A stretch of 64,000 nucleotides of DNA from Candidatus Micrarchaeota archaeon (lineage in GTDB: Archaea > Micrarchaeota > Micrarchaeia > Anstonellales > Bilamarchaeaceae), in the NCBI GenBank assembly GCA_043821365.1, contig JBDRCX010000006.1, positions 224,988 to 288,987 on the forward strand. Direction: 5' to 3'. The translations under genes and the position numbers were made by a program. Below the pieces are notes generated by a model, which worked only from the letters and a program-made list of their open reading frames with translations, searched no databases and was not told the origin of the DNA. Positions 26,346 to 34,724 of the stretch are shown in pieces; position 1 is the stretch's first letter; each line of letters begins with the position of its first letter.

Positions 26346-27098
26346 ATGATGCATTTGTTTAATTTGTTTTTCCCGACAATTGTTCTATTGGTCTCATTCT
26401 TTTTCTTTTATAAGGGTTTTACTCGTCTATCTCCTCAATGCATTGTAGCTATTATAAAACCAATAAATACGTTGACCACTCATCGCGGTGTTCCATGCGT
26501 CTATCACAGCATACTAATTGATTGTTTTGTTGGTGGGGACACACCATGGAAACGCATTTATTCTGATGATTATAGAATTCCATTCTATTTGGGTAAAACC
26601 TTAGTGGATCCAAACAGTGCGGATATTCGAATCAAACCAATAAGGACTACCACCGGTTATATAAAACGTGAAAAAGGAATTATTGAAAACTTTTTTGATT
26701 TTGCTGTGCCTTCCACAACATCTAAAATAATCCAAAATATTATCTCTTATACTCCTGTGGCGCTTGTGCCTGATTCGGGTGCGCCTGATCAAACTACAGT
26801 TATTGATGATGCAACTACAAAAACACTCCAACAAAATCCAAAAATGAAAAAAATAATTGCCCAAAACATCAAGAAACCTTTGAAAATTACCGAGTATGCG
26901 TTTCTTCCAAAAACCAAAATATGCATTTGTGTTACTGAAACTGAAAAGGAAAAAGTACACCCCTTTCTTATTACTGATGAAAATGAAGAGAATACAAAAC
27001 TAATTGCAAAAGAAAAGTCCTATTTGACTTTTTTTGTCGGGAGCATCTTATTTATTGTTTCTGTGGTTGCATACGTTCTAGTCATCCAGTCTCTTTAA
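26346..27098 (+). CDS. GIDE-domain-like membrane protein (TM at both ends)
   Basis: N-terminal TM, then GVPCVYHSILI...WKRIYSDDYRIPFYLGKTLVDPNSADIRIK resembling the GIDE pattern (CVYY...W...vpF.l.D..g.v.Vdp.gA.i). C-terminal TM. Confidence 0.3.
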   Translation: MMHLFNLFFPTIVLLVSFFFFYKGFTRLSPQCIVAIIKPINTLTTHRGVPCVYHSILIDCFVGGDTPWKRIYSDDYRIPFYLGKTLVDPNSADIRIKPIRTTTGYIKREKGIIENFFDFAVPSTTSKIIQNIISYTPVALVPDSGAPDQTTVIDDATTKTLQQNPKMKKIIAQNIKKPLKITEYAFLPKTKICICVTETEKEKVHPFLITDENEENTKLIAKEKSYLTFFVGSILFIVSVVAYVLVIQSL

Positions 27099-27458
27099 CC
27101 ATTCAAATTTTTTACTTATTTTCTGTTTTTTGGCATCTTCTAATGTTAACCATCTAAAACCAGAAAATTCTGAACCTATTCTTACAGACCTATTCTTTGC
27201 GTTAACTTTGAAAATCAAAACATCGTCCCACTTTTTTCTTTTTCTGGATCCAGAGTTATATCTAGTCTTGTGTATTATCTCCAAAATTTCCCCATCTATA
27301 TTTGTCTGTCTTTTAAATTCAGTTGCAAGTTCACTTACAAAATCACTATTTTTATTAGTTTCAAAATAAGGCAGTTCGATTTGTTCAAACTGTTGGTTTC
27401 TTCTGATTAAGAAAAGTACTCTACCTCCATCATCCAACACCCCACAAATTAGAACCAT
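27078..27458 (-). CDS. Degenerate Nudix-fold protein, paralog 1
   Basis: MVLICGVLDDGGRVLFLIRR...IELPYF...SELATEFKRQTNIDG...FRWLTLEDA. Nudix beta-grasp layout, but the box REUxEE is replaced by TEFKRQ. Confidence 0.4.
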   Translation of the reverse strand: MVLICGVLDDGGRVLFLIRRNQQFEQIELPYFETNKNSDFVSELATEFKRQTNIDGEILEIIHKTRYNSGSRKRKKWDDVLIFKVNAKNRSVRIGSEFSGFRWLTLEDAKKQKISKKFEWLKRLDD

Positions 27459-27782
27459 CTACATCTTCATCCACATTGTACTTTCTCCTAATTGTTGTTG
27501 TTTTGCATCTTCCATACTTAACCAAACATGTTCCCTATTAGATTCTAATGTATCGAGTGCAACGACCTTGCAGACAATACATGAACTAATTCCAATTTTT
27601 GTCTGGAGTATTATCCCTGCAAAATTAACTTTGATATCTGTTTGTTTTCTGAATCCCTCTGCTAATTGTCCGATTGGATCTGCTACAGCATCTCCAAAAA
27701 CATGGGGGAGTTCTAGTTTCCCATTTTTTTTAAGAAAATAAACTTTACCTTCACTTTCCAAAACTCCACAAATCAAAACCAT
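27459..27782 (-). CDS. Degenerate Nudix-fold protein, paralog 2
   Basis: MVLICGVLESEGKVYFLKK...LELPHVFGDAVADPIGQLAEGFRKQTDIKV...VWLSMEDA. Abuts paralog 1 with no spacer. Confidence 0.4.
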   Translation of the reverse strand: MVLICGVLESEGKVYFLKKNGKLELPHVFGDAVADPIGQLAEGFRKQTDIKVNFAGIILQTKIGISSCIVCKVVALDTLESNREHVWLSMEDAKQQQLGESTMWMKM

Positions 27783-27822
27783 GGTTAAGCACCTATTTCT
27801 TTTAGTGGTTCTAAATCTTTAA

Positions 27823-28887
27823 TTATACTCTGTAATCTGATAAATTATATGCACTTATAACTGCCCAAGCAAGATATTCGAATCTGGTGGTTGGTGCACC
27901 TTTTGCTTGTAAATATCTGTCTGCTGCTTCAACACTATCCAGACTGTCCATTACAATGTCCATAGCCATCATAACATTCCTAACATTCTCTTCTATCCAA
28001 ACAACAGCGGTATCTGGTTCTAAGACGTAAAATTGTCCATGGCCTAGTGCTAGTCGTTCGAACTGTATTCTACTTAAACGTCTTAATGAATCAAGATGTT
28101 GAGAAACATTTTCCATATATAATACTGACCGTTTCCACATATTTGCTGATGTGACTAAATCACCAACAATCAGAGTTCCATCAGGAAGTAGATACCCGGA
28201 CATTTTGGTATGGCCGTCTATTTCAACAATACATATACCATAATCGTGAATAATTTGGCTGTCACCCAATCTTTGAAATCCGTCGCTGTTGCTTTCAACG
28301 AGAAAATCTCCTCTTCTTCTGTTTGTACGTTTAAACACCGCAGGTTCTGGGATTGGTATGTGTTCTTTAACATTGAGTAATCTCCTTAGTTGGCTTCCAA
28401 CCCCAAGATGATCTATATGGTGGTGGGTTGCACATACTGCATCCACAACCAAACCACTATCATCTATCAATCCTGCTAAGGTTTCAATTCGTTCCAATCC
28501 TAATCTAGCATGTTCCTCTGAACTCATATCAAATGCCCATTCAAATGCATTTGTTTTTCCTTTTAAATCTCTTAAAAGTACAATGCGTTCTGGTGTTGTC
28601 TGCATTATCCTTCTAAGTGCTCCATTTGGCTGTTGCAATCCAAGTTCTGCAATGGCCCTGCGGAATCTTCCTGCATAATCTGTTTTATATGCACGTTCGA
28701 CCTGGTCTGATACACTTGGGTCAATTAGGATGCCTCTCTTACCCTGTAGATTTGGTATAAAAATAAATGTTCTTGCCCACCCACCGGATACTGCGTATGT
28801 GTGATCTGTTATGGGTTCAACAAGTGGATGTTGACGTAAACGAGTTATCTGGTCAGAAAAAGTTCTAGTTGTGGCTGCTCTTCTCAT
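27823..28887 (-). CDS. Metallo-beta-lactamase-fold hydrolase
   Basis: CATHHHIDHLG (HxHxDH), a later DGHT, and LALGHG. GC moderately elevated. Confidence 0.7.
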   Translation of the reverse strand: MRRAATTRTFSDQITRLRQHPLVEPITDHTYAVSGGWARTFIFIPNLQGKRGILIDPSVSDQVERAYKTDYAGRFRRAIAELGLQQPNGALRRIMQTTPERIVLLRDLKGKTNAFEWAFDMSSEEHARLGLERIETLAGLIDDSGLVVDAVCATHHHIDHLGVGSQLRRLLNVKEHIPIPEPAVFKRTNRRRGDFLVESNSDGFQRLGDSQIIHDYGICIVEIDGHTKMSGYLLPDGTLIVGDLVTSANMWKRSVLYMENVSQHLDSLRRLSRIQFERLALGHGQFYVLEPDTAVVWIEENVRNVMMAMDIVMDSLDSVEAADRYLQAKGAPTTRFEYLAWAVISAYNLSDYRV

Positions 28888-28948
28888 ATCTGTTTTTTAT
28901 TGTGTTAGGTTTTAATATCTTTATTAAACGTTTTATCCCACATCTTTG

Positions 28949-30055
28949 TTAACTAACTCTCATTTTCAACACAACTGTGGTGTATGGTCTCCAAACAGAA
29001 ACAGTGTAATAAACGTCTTTTCCATCACTTCCAAATTCATTTGGAAAGATATACCCCCCATAACACCCACCCCATCCACTTTCCATCCACGAGGCAGGTT
29101 TAAACACAGTTCCACATGGAGTGAATTTTACTGGGCCATTATATGGTCCATATGGGGTATCTGCTGTGAATAGCATAAATCCTCCAGTTCCACCATAACT
29201 CTGGAACATTATGTAATATTTTCCAAGGATTTTATTTTCTACTAAAGAAACTTCTCCCACTTGCACATTCTCCATTCCTTCAAGAGGGGTCGCATCTGAA
29301 ATATTATTTGACCATTGTGGGATGTTGTTTTCTCTCCCAATAAAATACATGTATGCATTCTTGTTTTCAATGTCATCTTGTTTTACATAAGCAAGGTACA
29401 CTGGGGAGTTTCTGAATTTCCCCGTAATTGCCATGAACACTACTTCTTCTCCATTTAATTCTCCAAAAACAGGTGCAGTGTTAGCATGTTTTTCATCTGC
29501 TGGCCAAGAAAATACTTCGACAAAATCATCTCCTTGCTCTTTGAAAAGTATGCCGTGCGCTATTGTTGCATCTCCTGGTGTAAGTACTTCTTCCCAATGA
29601 TCTACCCTCATTGAATAAAGATAAAGAGTTCCATTAATTTCGATTGCACCTGCAGGAACTGTTGATTCGTCACCTGGTTGCCGTTTTGATTTAAGTGGTT
29701 GATAATATCTCGTTCCATTTGTCATCCATTGAATTTTTGTACAATCAAATGGAGTTTCTGTTAACAAAACAGCACTTGCCCCACCACTTCCTAATTTTGT
29801 TCCAAAAACATCTCCGAAAATTATCCAATTTCTTTCGAGTGGTATCCCCAAATCTGATCCTTTTATCTCTAAATTAGTTGCTTTCTGATCAATTAATTCA
29901 CATACAAATTCTGGTTCAGTAAGACCATCTGGTTGAGAAATATTTGTTGAATTGATAATTATTTGGCCACCATCATCTGGTTTATTAAAATATTGGCAGC
30001 AGCCAAATAAGAAAATCAACAAAACAAAAGTAAAAACCAACCTACTCATAATCAC
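28949..30055 (-). CDS. Secreted beta-propeller-like protein (DUF4185/glycosidase-like), lipobox-like signal
   Basis: Signal MIMSRLVFTFVLLIFLFGCC. C-terminal GWGGCYGGYIFPNEF...VYYTVSVWRPYTTVVLKMRV resembles the DUF4185 C-terminal pattern. Confidence 0.35.
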   Translation of the reverse strand: MIMSRLVFTFVLLIFLFGCCQYFNKPDDGGQIIINSTNISQPDGLTEPEFVCELIDQKATNLEIKGSDLGIPLERNWIIFGDVFGTKLGSGGASAVLLTETPFDCTKIQWMTNGTRYYQPLKSKRQPGDESTVPAGAIEINGTLYLYSMRVDHWEEVLTPGDATIAHGILFKEQGDDFVEVFSWPADEKHANTAPVFGELNGEEVVFMAITGKFRNSPVYLAYVKQDDIENKNAYMYFIGRENNIPQWSNNISDATPLEGMENVQVGEVSLVENKILGKYYIMFQSYGGTGGFMLFTADTPYGPYNGPVKFTPCGTVFKPASWMESGWGGCYGGYIFPNEFGSDGKDVYYTVSVWRPYTTVVLKMRVS

Positions 30056-31181
30056 GTCCCCACATCTTTTCAGCTAGTTTTCCCTTATACATAAATTTTT
30101 CAATGTTTTTTTCAGCTTTTTTTCTGTTTTCTTTATGATCTTTCAAAAATAAATTTATTTTTTCAATTAAAATCGCTTTCATTTCACCAGTAAGCAATTT
30201 GCCGCTTCTATAATCCTCATATATTTGTTTCAATTTTTCATCATCTGGTTCAAATAAAATGGAAAGCCACTGGTATGGCACATCCACCGAGGTATCTCCT
30301 CCTAATTTTCTATGTTCTTCCACAGTTGGTTGTCCACCTGAAAATGCATGTTTGTTTATTTTGTTTTTAACTGTTTTTTCATCATCAGTAAGCCAGATCG
30401 CTGTTTCTGCTTTTGATGCACTCATTTTTCCACTCACCCCCTGTAACGGTGGTAAAAATTTACTGTGAATTGCAGCAGTTTTGTAATATCCCATGCTTTC
30501 TGCAACATCTCTTTGTATTCTCCAATATGGGTCCTGGTCTATTGCACACGGAATTAAACACCGTTTTCTCTCAAAAAAAGTTGGTATTGTTTGGTATGTT
30601 GGATAAAATATCTGCCCCAAGTTGGTTTGTTCATTAAATCCAAACACCGCCTTTGCCGTTGAAAGTGTTGTTTTTCTTGCAACTTCTAACATGATCTTAT
30701 ATGTGTTTTTTATGTATTCACTATCTCTGAATATGAAAGTTTTATCAGGGTCAAATCCAACTGCCGCAATATCTAATATGTTATCCTTTGCCCAATTGTC
30801 TATCTGCTTCCAATCTGTACTTCTATCAAAAACAAACTTTTCATCATCTGTTATCTCTATGTATAAGTTTACTCCAAAAACATCTTGCAACCATTTGGTG
30901 AAAATCATCGGTGTTAAGTGCCCTAAATGTAACGGGCCAGATGGTTTTCTTCCAGTGTATAAAAAAAATCCTTTTTTCTGTTCATAGTCATTCAATACAA
31001 GGTCAAGGTCTCTATGTGAAAAATAGAATCCTCTTTTCAAAAACAAATGAAGTTGATTAGAATGTTTTTTCATCCGTTCTTTTAGTTTTTCATCTATTTT
31101 TGCCGTGCCAAATTGTTTGATTAATTTATCATAATCAACTGCACCATCTACTTCCCATGGTGTAACTGTGAATTTTTCCAT
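30042..31181 (-). CDS. trpS: Tryptophan--tRNA ligase (archaeal/eukaryotic type)
   Basis: VTPWEV..VDYDKLIKQFG, class-I HIGH variant TGRKPSGPLHLGHL, and KMSASK. Confidence 0.85.
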   Translation of the reverse strand: MEKFTVTPWEVDGAVDYDKLIKQFGTAKIDEKLKERMKKHSNQLHLFLKRGFYFSHRDLDLVLNDYEQKKGFFLYTGRKPSGPLHLGHLTPMIFTKWLQDVFGVNLYIEITDDEKFVFDRSTDWKQIDNWAKDNILDIAAVGFDPDKTFIFRDSEYIKNTYKIMLEVARKTTLSTAKAVFGFNEQTNLGQIFYPTYQTIPTFFERKRCLIPCAIDQDPYWRIQRDVAESMGYYKTAAIHSKFLPPLQGVSGKMSASKAETAIWLTDDEKTVKNKINKHAFSGGQPTVEEHRKLGGDTSVDVPYQWLSILFEPDDEKLKQIYEDYRSGKLLTGEMKAILIEKINLFLKDHKENRKKAEKNIEKFMYKGKLAEKMWGRDYE

Positions 31182-31212
31182 GAAAGGTTAAGGCTGAAAA
31201 GAGATAAAATAG

Positions 31213-31536
31213 TTAGCTAATGACAAGACCGACAACTAGGGTGATTCCATTACAAATAAAACTAATCAAAAATGCCTCTTTCAAAGATAGGTTTTCAAAT
31301 ACAAGTCTATAGAAAATTCCTTCTATAACTATTGCGAATGTTTCTGCAATAACAAGTGTCTCAAACCATCCAAAACCAATAATTGGAAAAACAAACCACA
31401 CGAATGGAAGGGTTATACTACTAGCCAATATCCCATTTCTAAGTATGCTACCTAATCCATACTGTTTTCTTACTAAAAAATAAAGTGTAATAGACTCGAT
31501 AATTATTGTGAACACATATGCTAAGACAAAGTCCAT
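31213..31536 (-). CDS. Small 4-TM membrane protein, unknown function
   Basis: 107 aa, four hydrophobic segments. Abuts the upstream secreted-protein gene. Confidence 0.4.
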   Translation of the reverse strand: MDFVLAYVFTIIIESITLYFLVRKQYGLGSILRNGILASSITLPFVWFVFPIIGFGWFETLVIAETFAIVIEGIFYRLVFENLSLKEAFLISFICNGITLVVGLVIS

Positions 31537-32019
31537 TTACTTTCTCACTAGTACCATACCAACAATCCCAAGTAAAATAAATGCAGTTGTACACCAGCCT
31601 GATGTTGAATAGGAACCAGTCTTTTTTCCTGTTTCTACATTGAAGGTAAGTTCGTAATTATCATAACTACTATCGGTTTCAAAATTTTCAGTTCTTTTTT
31701 GGGCTCCGTTTAACTCATATGAGAAATATCCTTGTGGGAAATCAAAACACGGATTAAATTTGTAGTACCATTCGTCATCATTTGTGCAAAGCCCATCAAC
31801 ACAACTAAAGTTCACAGGGTAAATAGCCATTGTGCTGCTATCAGCATTTTCAACCCCCATACAATGATAAGTTATCCACATTATGGATGTTTCTGGTGTT
31901 CCATCTGTCTTTACTAAGTATACTTTAACAGCCGGAGGCGAAGGGGCAGGACCTATGTCTGCATGAACCAGGCTCATGAAAAATCCACAAACAAGGAACC
32001 AAACAAGGATGTTTTTCAT
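31537..32019 (-). CDS. Secreted Cys-containing protein with C-terminal TM anchor
   Basis: Signal MKNILVWFLVCGFFMSLVHA, and C-terminal AFILLGIVGMVLV. Confidence 0.4.
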   Translation of the reverse strand: MKNILVWFLVCGFFMSLVHADIGPAPSPPAVKVYLVKTDGTPETSIMWITYHCMGVENADSSTMAIYPVNFSCVDGLCTNDDEWYYKFNPCFDFPQGYFSYELNGAQKRTENFETDSSYDNYELTFNVETGKKTGSYSTSGWCTTAFILLGIVGMVLVRK

Positions 32020-32101
32020 ATTAAGGATATTGTACCAAGTTTCTTAATTCTTTTAATCCACAAGCCAACTCTTTTAAACACTCCCAACCTTAATTTTGTT
32101 G

Positions 32102-32719
32102 ATGAGGTCTTTAGTTTTTGTCACTGCACTTGCAGTTGCTGTTCATTCAGCCTATGCATTGCCCCCAAAAACTCCAGCTCGTGTTCTTCATGACAAACCA
32201 CTAATTGAAAGATCTTCTTCAAGTTTTTTATCAAAACAAACATGGGCTGGGGGTACTTGCGCAGTTGAAGTAAGGCAGTTTGGCACTGGTCCAAAACATT
32301 TTCTTACCTATGATTATTCACCTGATCATCATAAAACAGAAACAGTACTTCCTCGTTTGGGCGTGGAAGAATCATTTTTGAGTAAAGAATGCCACGCAGA
32401 TGCATCTGTTATAATTACCAATCAAAATATTTTTGTTTTTCCTGGGGCAAAAAGTTTATTGCTTGATCCAATTGAAGATAGGTCATTTGTTACTTATGCT
32501 GGAGATATTAGAACACACTTAAATTACAAACCATTAGAATTTGTGGTTTTATTTGGCGATGGCAGAATTTTCTTAGCTAAAATAGTACCAAAAACTAAAG
32601 ATATTTCTTGGAAAGAAGTTGCTCATGTAGATCCGAAAGATTTTGGGACTATATCTATAGATGGCACTAATCTTATTGTGAATCTAAAAAATGGAAAAAA
32701 AGAAAGATTTGATTTATGA
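32102..32719 (+). CDS. Secreted hypothetical protein
   Basis: ATG 32102 gives the signal peptide MRSLVFVTALAVAVHSAYA. No recognisable domain. Confidence 0.4.
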   Translation: MRSLVFVTALAVAVHSAYALPPKTPARVLHDKPLIERSSSSFLSKQTWAGGTCAVEVRQFGTGPKHFLTYDYSPDHHKTETVLPRLGVEESFLSKECHADASVIITNQNIFVFPGAKSLLLDPIEDRSFVTYAGDIRTHLNYKPLEFVVLFGDGRIFLAKIVPKTKDISWKEVAHVDPKDFGTISIDGTNLIVNLKNGKKERFDL

Positions 32720-33655
32720 TCTATCGTATGGTTTGAGTTGGCGTGCCATATGTACTGTATAACTCACTTTGCTATCATCTTGCACCGATTTAAAATCTCT
32801 TGTGATATCCCCACCATCTTGTGCATATCTCTGTGTTTCATGGCCTCCATCAACTATCCACATATCACGTACTAGGGCATACCCATCTTTTCCTGGTTTA
32901 CCAACTTCACCATAGTTCGTAATTGCAGCTAGTACTAAACCGCGTACTTCGTCCCTAACTGTTTGAGATGATCTTGTTCCAAAAAGATCTGAATCTAGAG
33001 GATATAAACGGTTGTCAGTGCTGATGGCTAATTCTAATACTTTACCATCTGGCATTGGCAATCTTAATTCATACCGTTCTGGCCCATCTGCATGTATAAC
33101 CCGTTTAATTGTAGCGTTTTGCCATATATCTTCTCTACCAACAACTCGTTGTAGTCGTGCCATAGCAGCTTCTTCTGTTAATCTTTCTGGTCCTCTTGTT
33201 ACTGGTGGCCGTTCTGTTTCTCTTCTGGTTTGCCGTTCTGGTTCTTCAACTCTTCTTGATGGAACTACTCGAGCTACTCGTGTTTCCCCCCGCGTTCCAT
33301 CCAAGTCCTGTTTTCTTTCCAACATACCAAGTGCTTGTTCATGCAATCCTGCCAATGCTGCTATGGTTTTTGTTCCAGCCATTCCATCTTCTCTTGATAC
33401 ATTTAGCATCATTTCTCTTGTTGCGCGTTTCCCCAATTCCTTAACTCCTTCTGCATATCCCCTCTGAAATTTACATAATGCGTCAAACGTTGCCCGGTCA
33501 AATCTCCCCGGAGTCCAGCCTGGGTTTAAAACCCCATGCCTGGTCAGTTCTAGTTGTAATGCGTCAATATCTAATTTCCCAGCCTTTACCTGCCTATCTG
33601 TCCATCTTAATGCAGCATTATAATCCGGTCCAGCTTGTTTTTGTTTTTGTACCAT
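32714..33655 (-). CDS. Protein with N-terminal peptidoglycan-binding-like (PG_binding_1-type) motif, R/E-rich linker and unknown C-terminal domain
   Basis: DIDALQLELTRHGVLNPGWTPGRFDRATFDALCKFQRGY fits v..lQ..L...G......G.fg..T..Av..FQ. One 60-nt line counted 29/60 GC, the highest of my spot counts among the GC-shifted genes here apart from one line of paralog A. No signal peptide. Confidence 0.4.
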   Translation of the reverse strand: MVQKQKQAGPDYNAALRWTDRQVKAGKLDIDALQLELTRHGVLNPGWTPGRFDRATFDALCKFQRGYAEGVKELGKRATREMMLNVSREDGMAGTKTIAALAGLHEQALGMLERKQDLDGTRGETRVARVVPSRRVEEPERQTRRETERPPVTRGPERLTEEAAMARLQRVVGREDIWQNATIKRVIHADGPERYELRLPMPDGKVLELAISTDNRLYPLDSDLFGTRSSQTVRDEVRGLVLAAITNYGEVGKPGKDGYALVRDMWIVDGGHETQRYAQDGGDITRDFKSVQDDSKVSYTVHMARQLKPYDRS

Positions 33656-33774
33656 GTTTCCACCTTATATATGGTTGTTCAATTTACTTTTAATCCCTTT
33701 GGAAATTCCAATCTCAAGAAAATCGACAGATGCCGATATAAATGTTTTGTGTCTAAAATTATTAACTGGTAAAA

Positions 33775-34656
33775 ATGAATGGTGTGGAGGTAGTACCTGA
33801 TTTCAAATATGCAGAGAACAGTATCAGAAATGGCTCTAAAACATTCTATTTTGCTTCTAGTTTTATGAGCAGAAGAAGACGAAATTCTGTTTATGCTATT
33901 TATTCATTTTGTCGTCATACTGACAATCTTGTTGATGATAATGAAGGCAATCCAAAGCTTCAACTGCTTTTGATAACTAATTGGAAAAAACGGCTTTTGG
34001 CAGACTACAAAAAAGGCCAGTCCAAAGACCCAATACTAAACCCGTTCATTTATGTCATGAAAAAAAACAAGATTCCTTTGCGTTATGCTCTTGAACTTAT
34101 AAACGGAGTTAGTATGGACATCTCAAAAAAAGAATACAACACATTCCGTGAATTACGCAAATACTGTTTCAGAGTTGCATCAGTAGTCGGTCTTATGCTC
34201 ACCTATGTTCTTGGAATTGATAATATCAAAAAATTCAAAAAATATGCAACAAAACTTGGCATTGCAATGCAATTAACTAATATTTTACGTGATGTTGGTG
34301 AGGATGCAAGGATGGGCCGGGTTTATTTCCCTAAAAACGAACTCGCAAAATTTGGCCTTACTATCCAAGACATTCTTTCTTTGAAAAAAACATCAAATGT
34401 AATAAAATTTCTTAAATTCCAAGTTGCAAGAGCACGAAGATATTATGAAGAAGCAATTTCTGGTCTTTCTTTAATCCAAAAAGAGGGAAGGGTTGTTGTT
34501 GCACTTGCACTGTCTCTTTATCGTGAAATCCTCGGGGTTATAGAAGAAAACGAATATGAAGTTTTCAAGAAACGTGCATACGTACATCTATTAAGAAAGA
34601 TCTTAATCTACTTCAAGGTTGTTTTGTTTGGATATGCCCAACCAAATCTAGCCTGA
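33775..34656 (+). CDS. Squalene/phytoene synthase family prenyltransferase
   Basis: YSFCRHTDNLVDD (first DxxxD) and NILRDVGEDARMGRVYFP (second Asp-rich motif). Confidence 0.8.
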   Translation: MNGVEVVPDFKYAENSIRNGSKTFYFASSFMSRRRRNSVYAIYSFCRHTDNLVDDNEGNPKLQLLLITNWKKRLLADYKKGQSKDPILNPFIYVMKKNKIPLRYALELINGVSMDISKKEYNTFRELRKYCFRVASVVGLMLTYVLGIDNIKKFKKYATKLGIAMQLTNILRDVGEDARMGRVYFPKNELAKFGLTIQDILSLKKTSNVIKFLKFQVARARRYYEEAISGLSLIQKEGRVVVALALSLYREILGVIEENEYEVFKKRAYVHLLRKILIYFKVVLFGYAQPNLA

Positions 34657-34724
34657 TCCTCTTTCTCTTGTGTTGCCAAGGTTTAAATTTGAATTCGGAT
34701 AGTTTATTCTTGTTGGTGTTGATT

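Noticed and set aside
33012-33467. 151-aa and 82-aa plus-strand ORFs within the GC-rich PG-binding-like gene.
   Set aside because: Raised GC lowers stop-codon frequency in all frames. The minus-strand frame is longer (313 aa) and carries the recognisable motif.
34668-34724. GTG-initiated 19-codon leader of proA (MCCQGLNLNSDSLFLLVLI).
   Set aside because: It is not similar to ProA N-termini. The conserved sequence starts at ELEKYISDLIENAR, so a TTG or other start near 34725 is more likely. The exact start remains uncertain.
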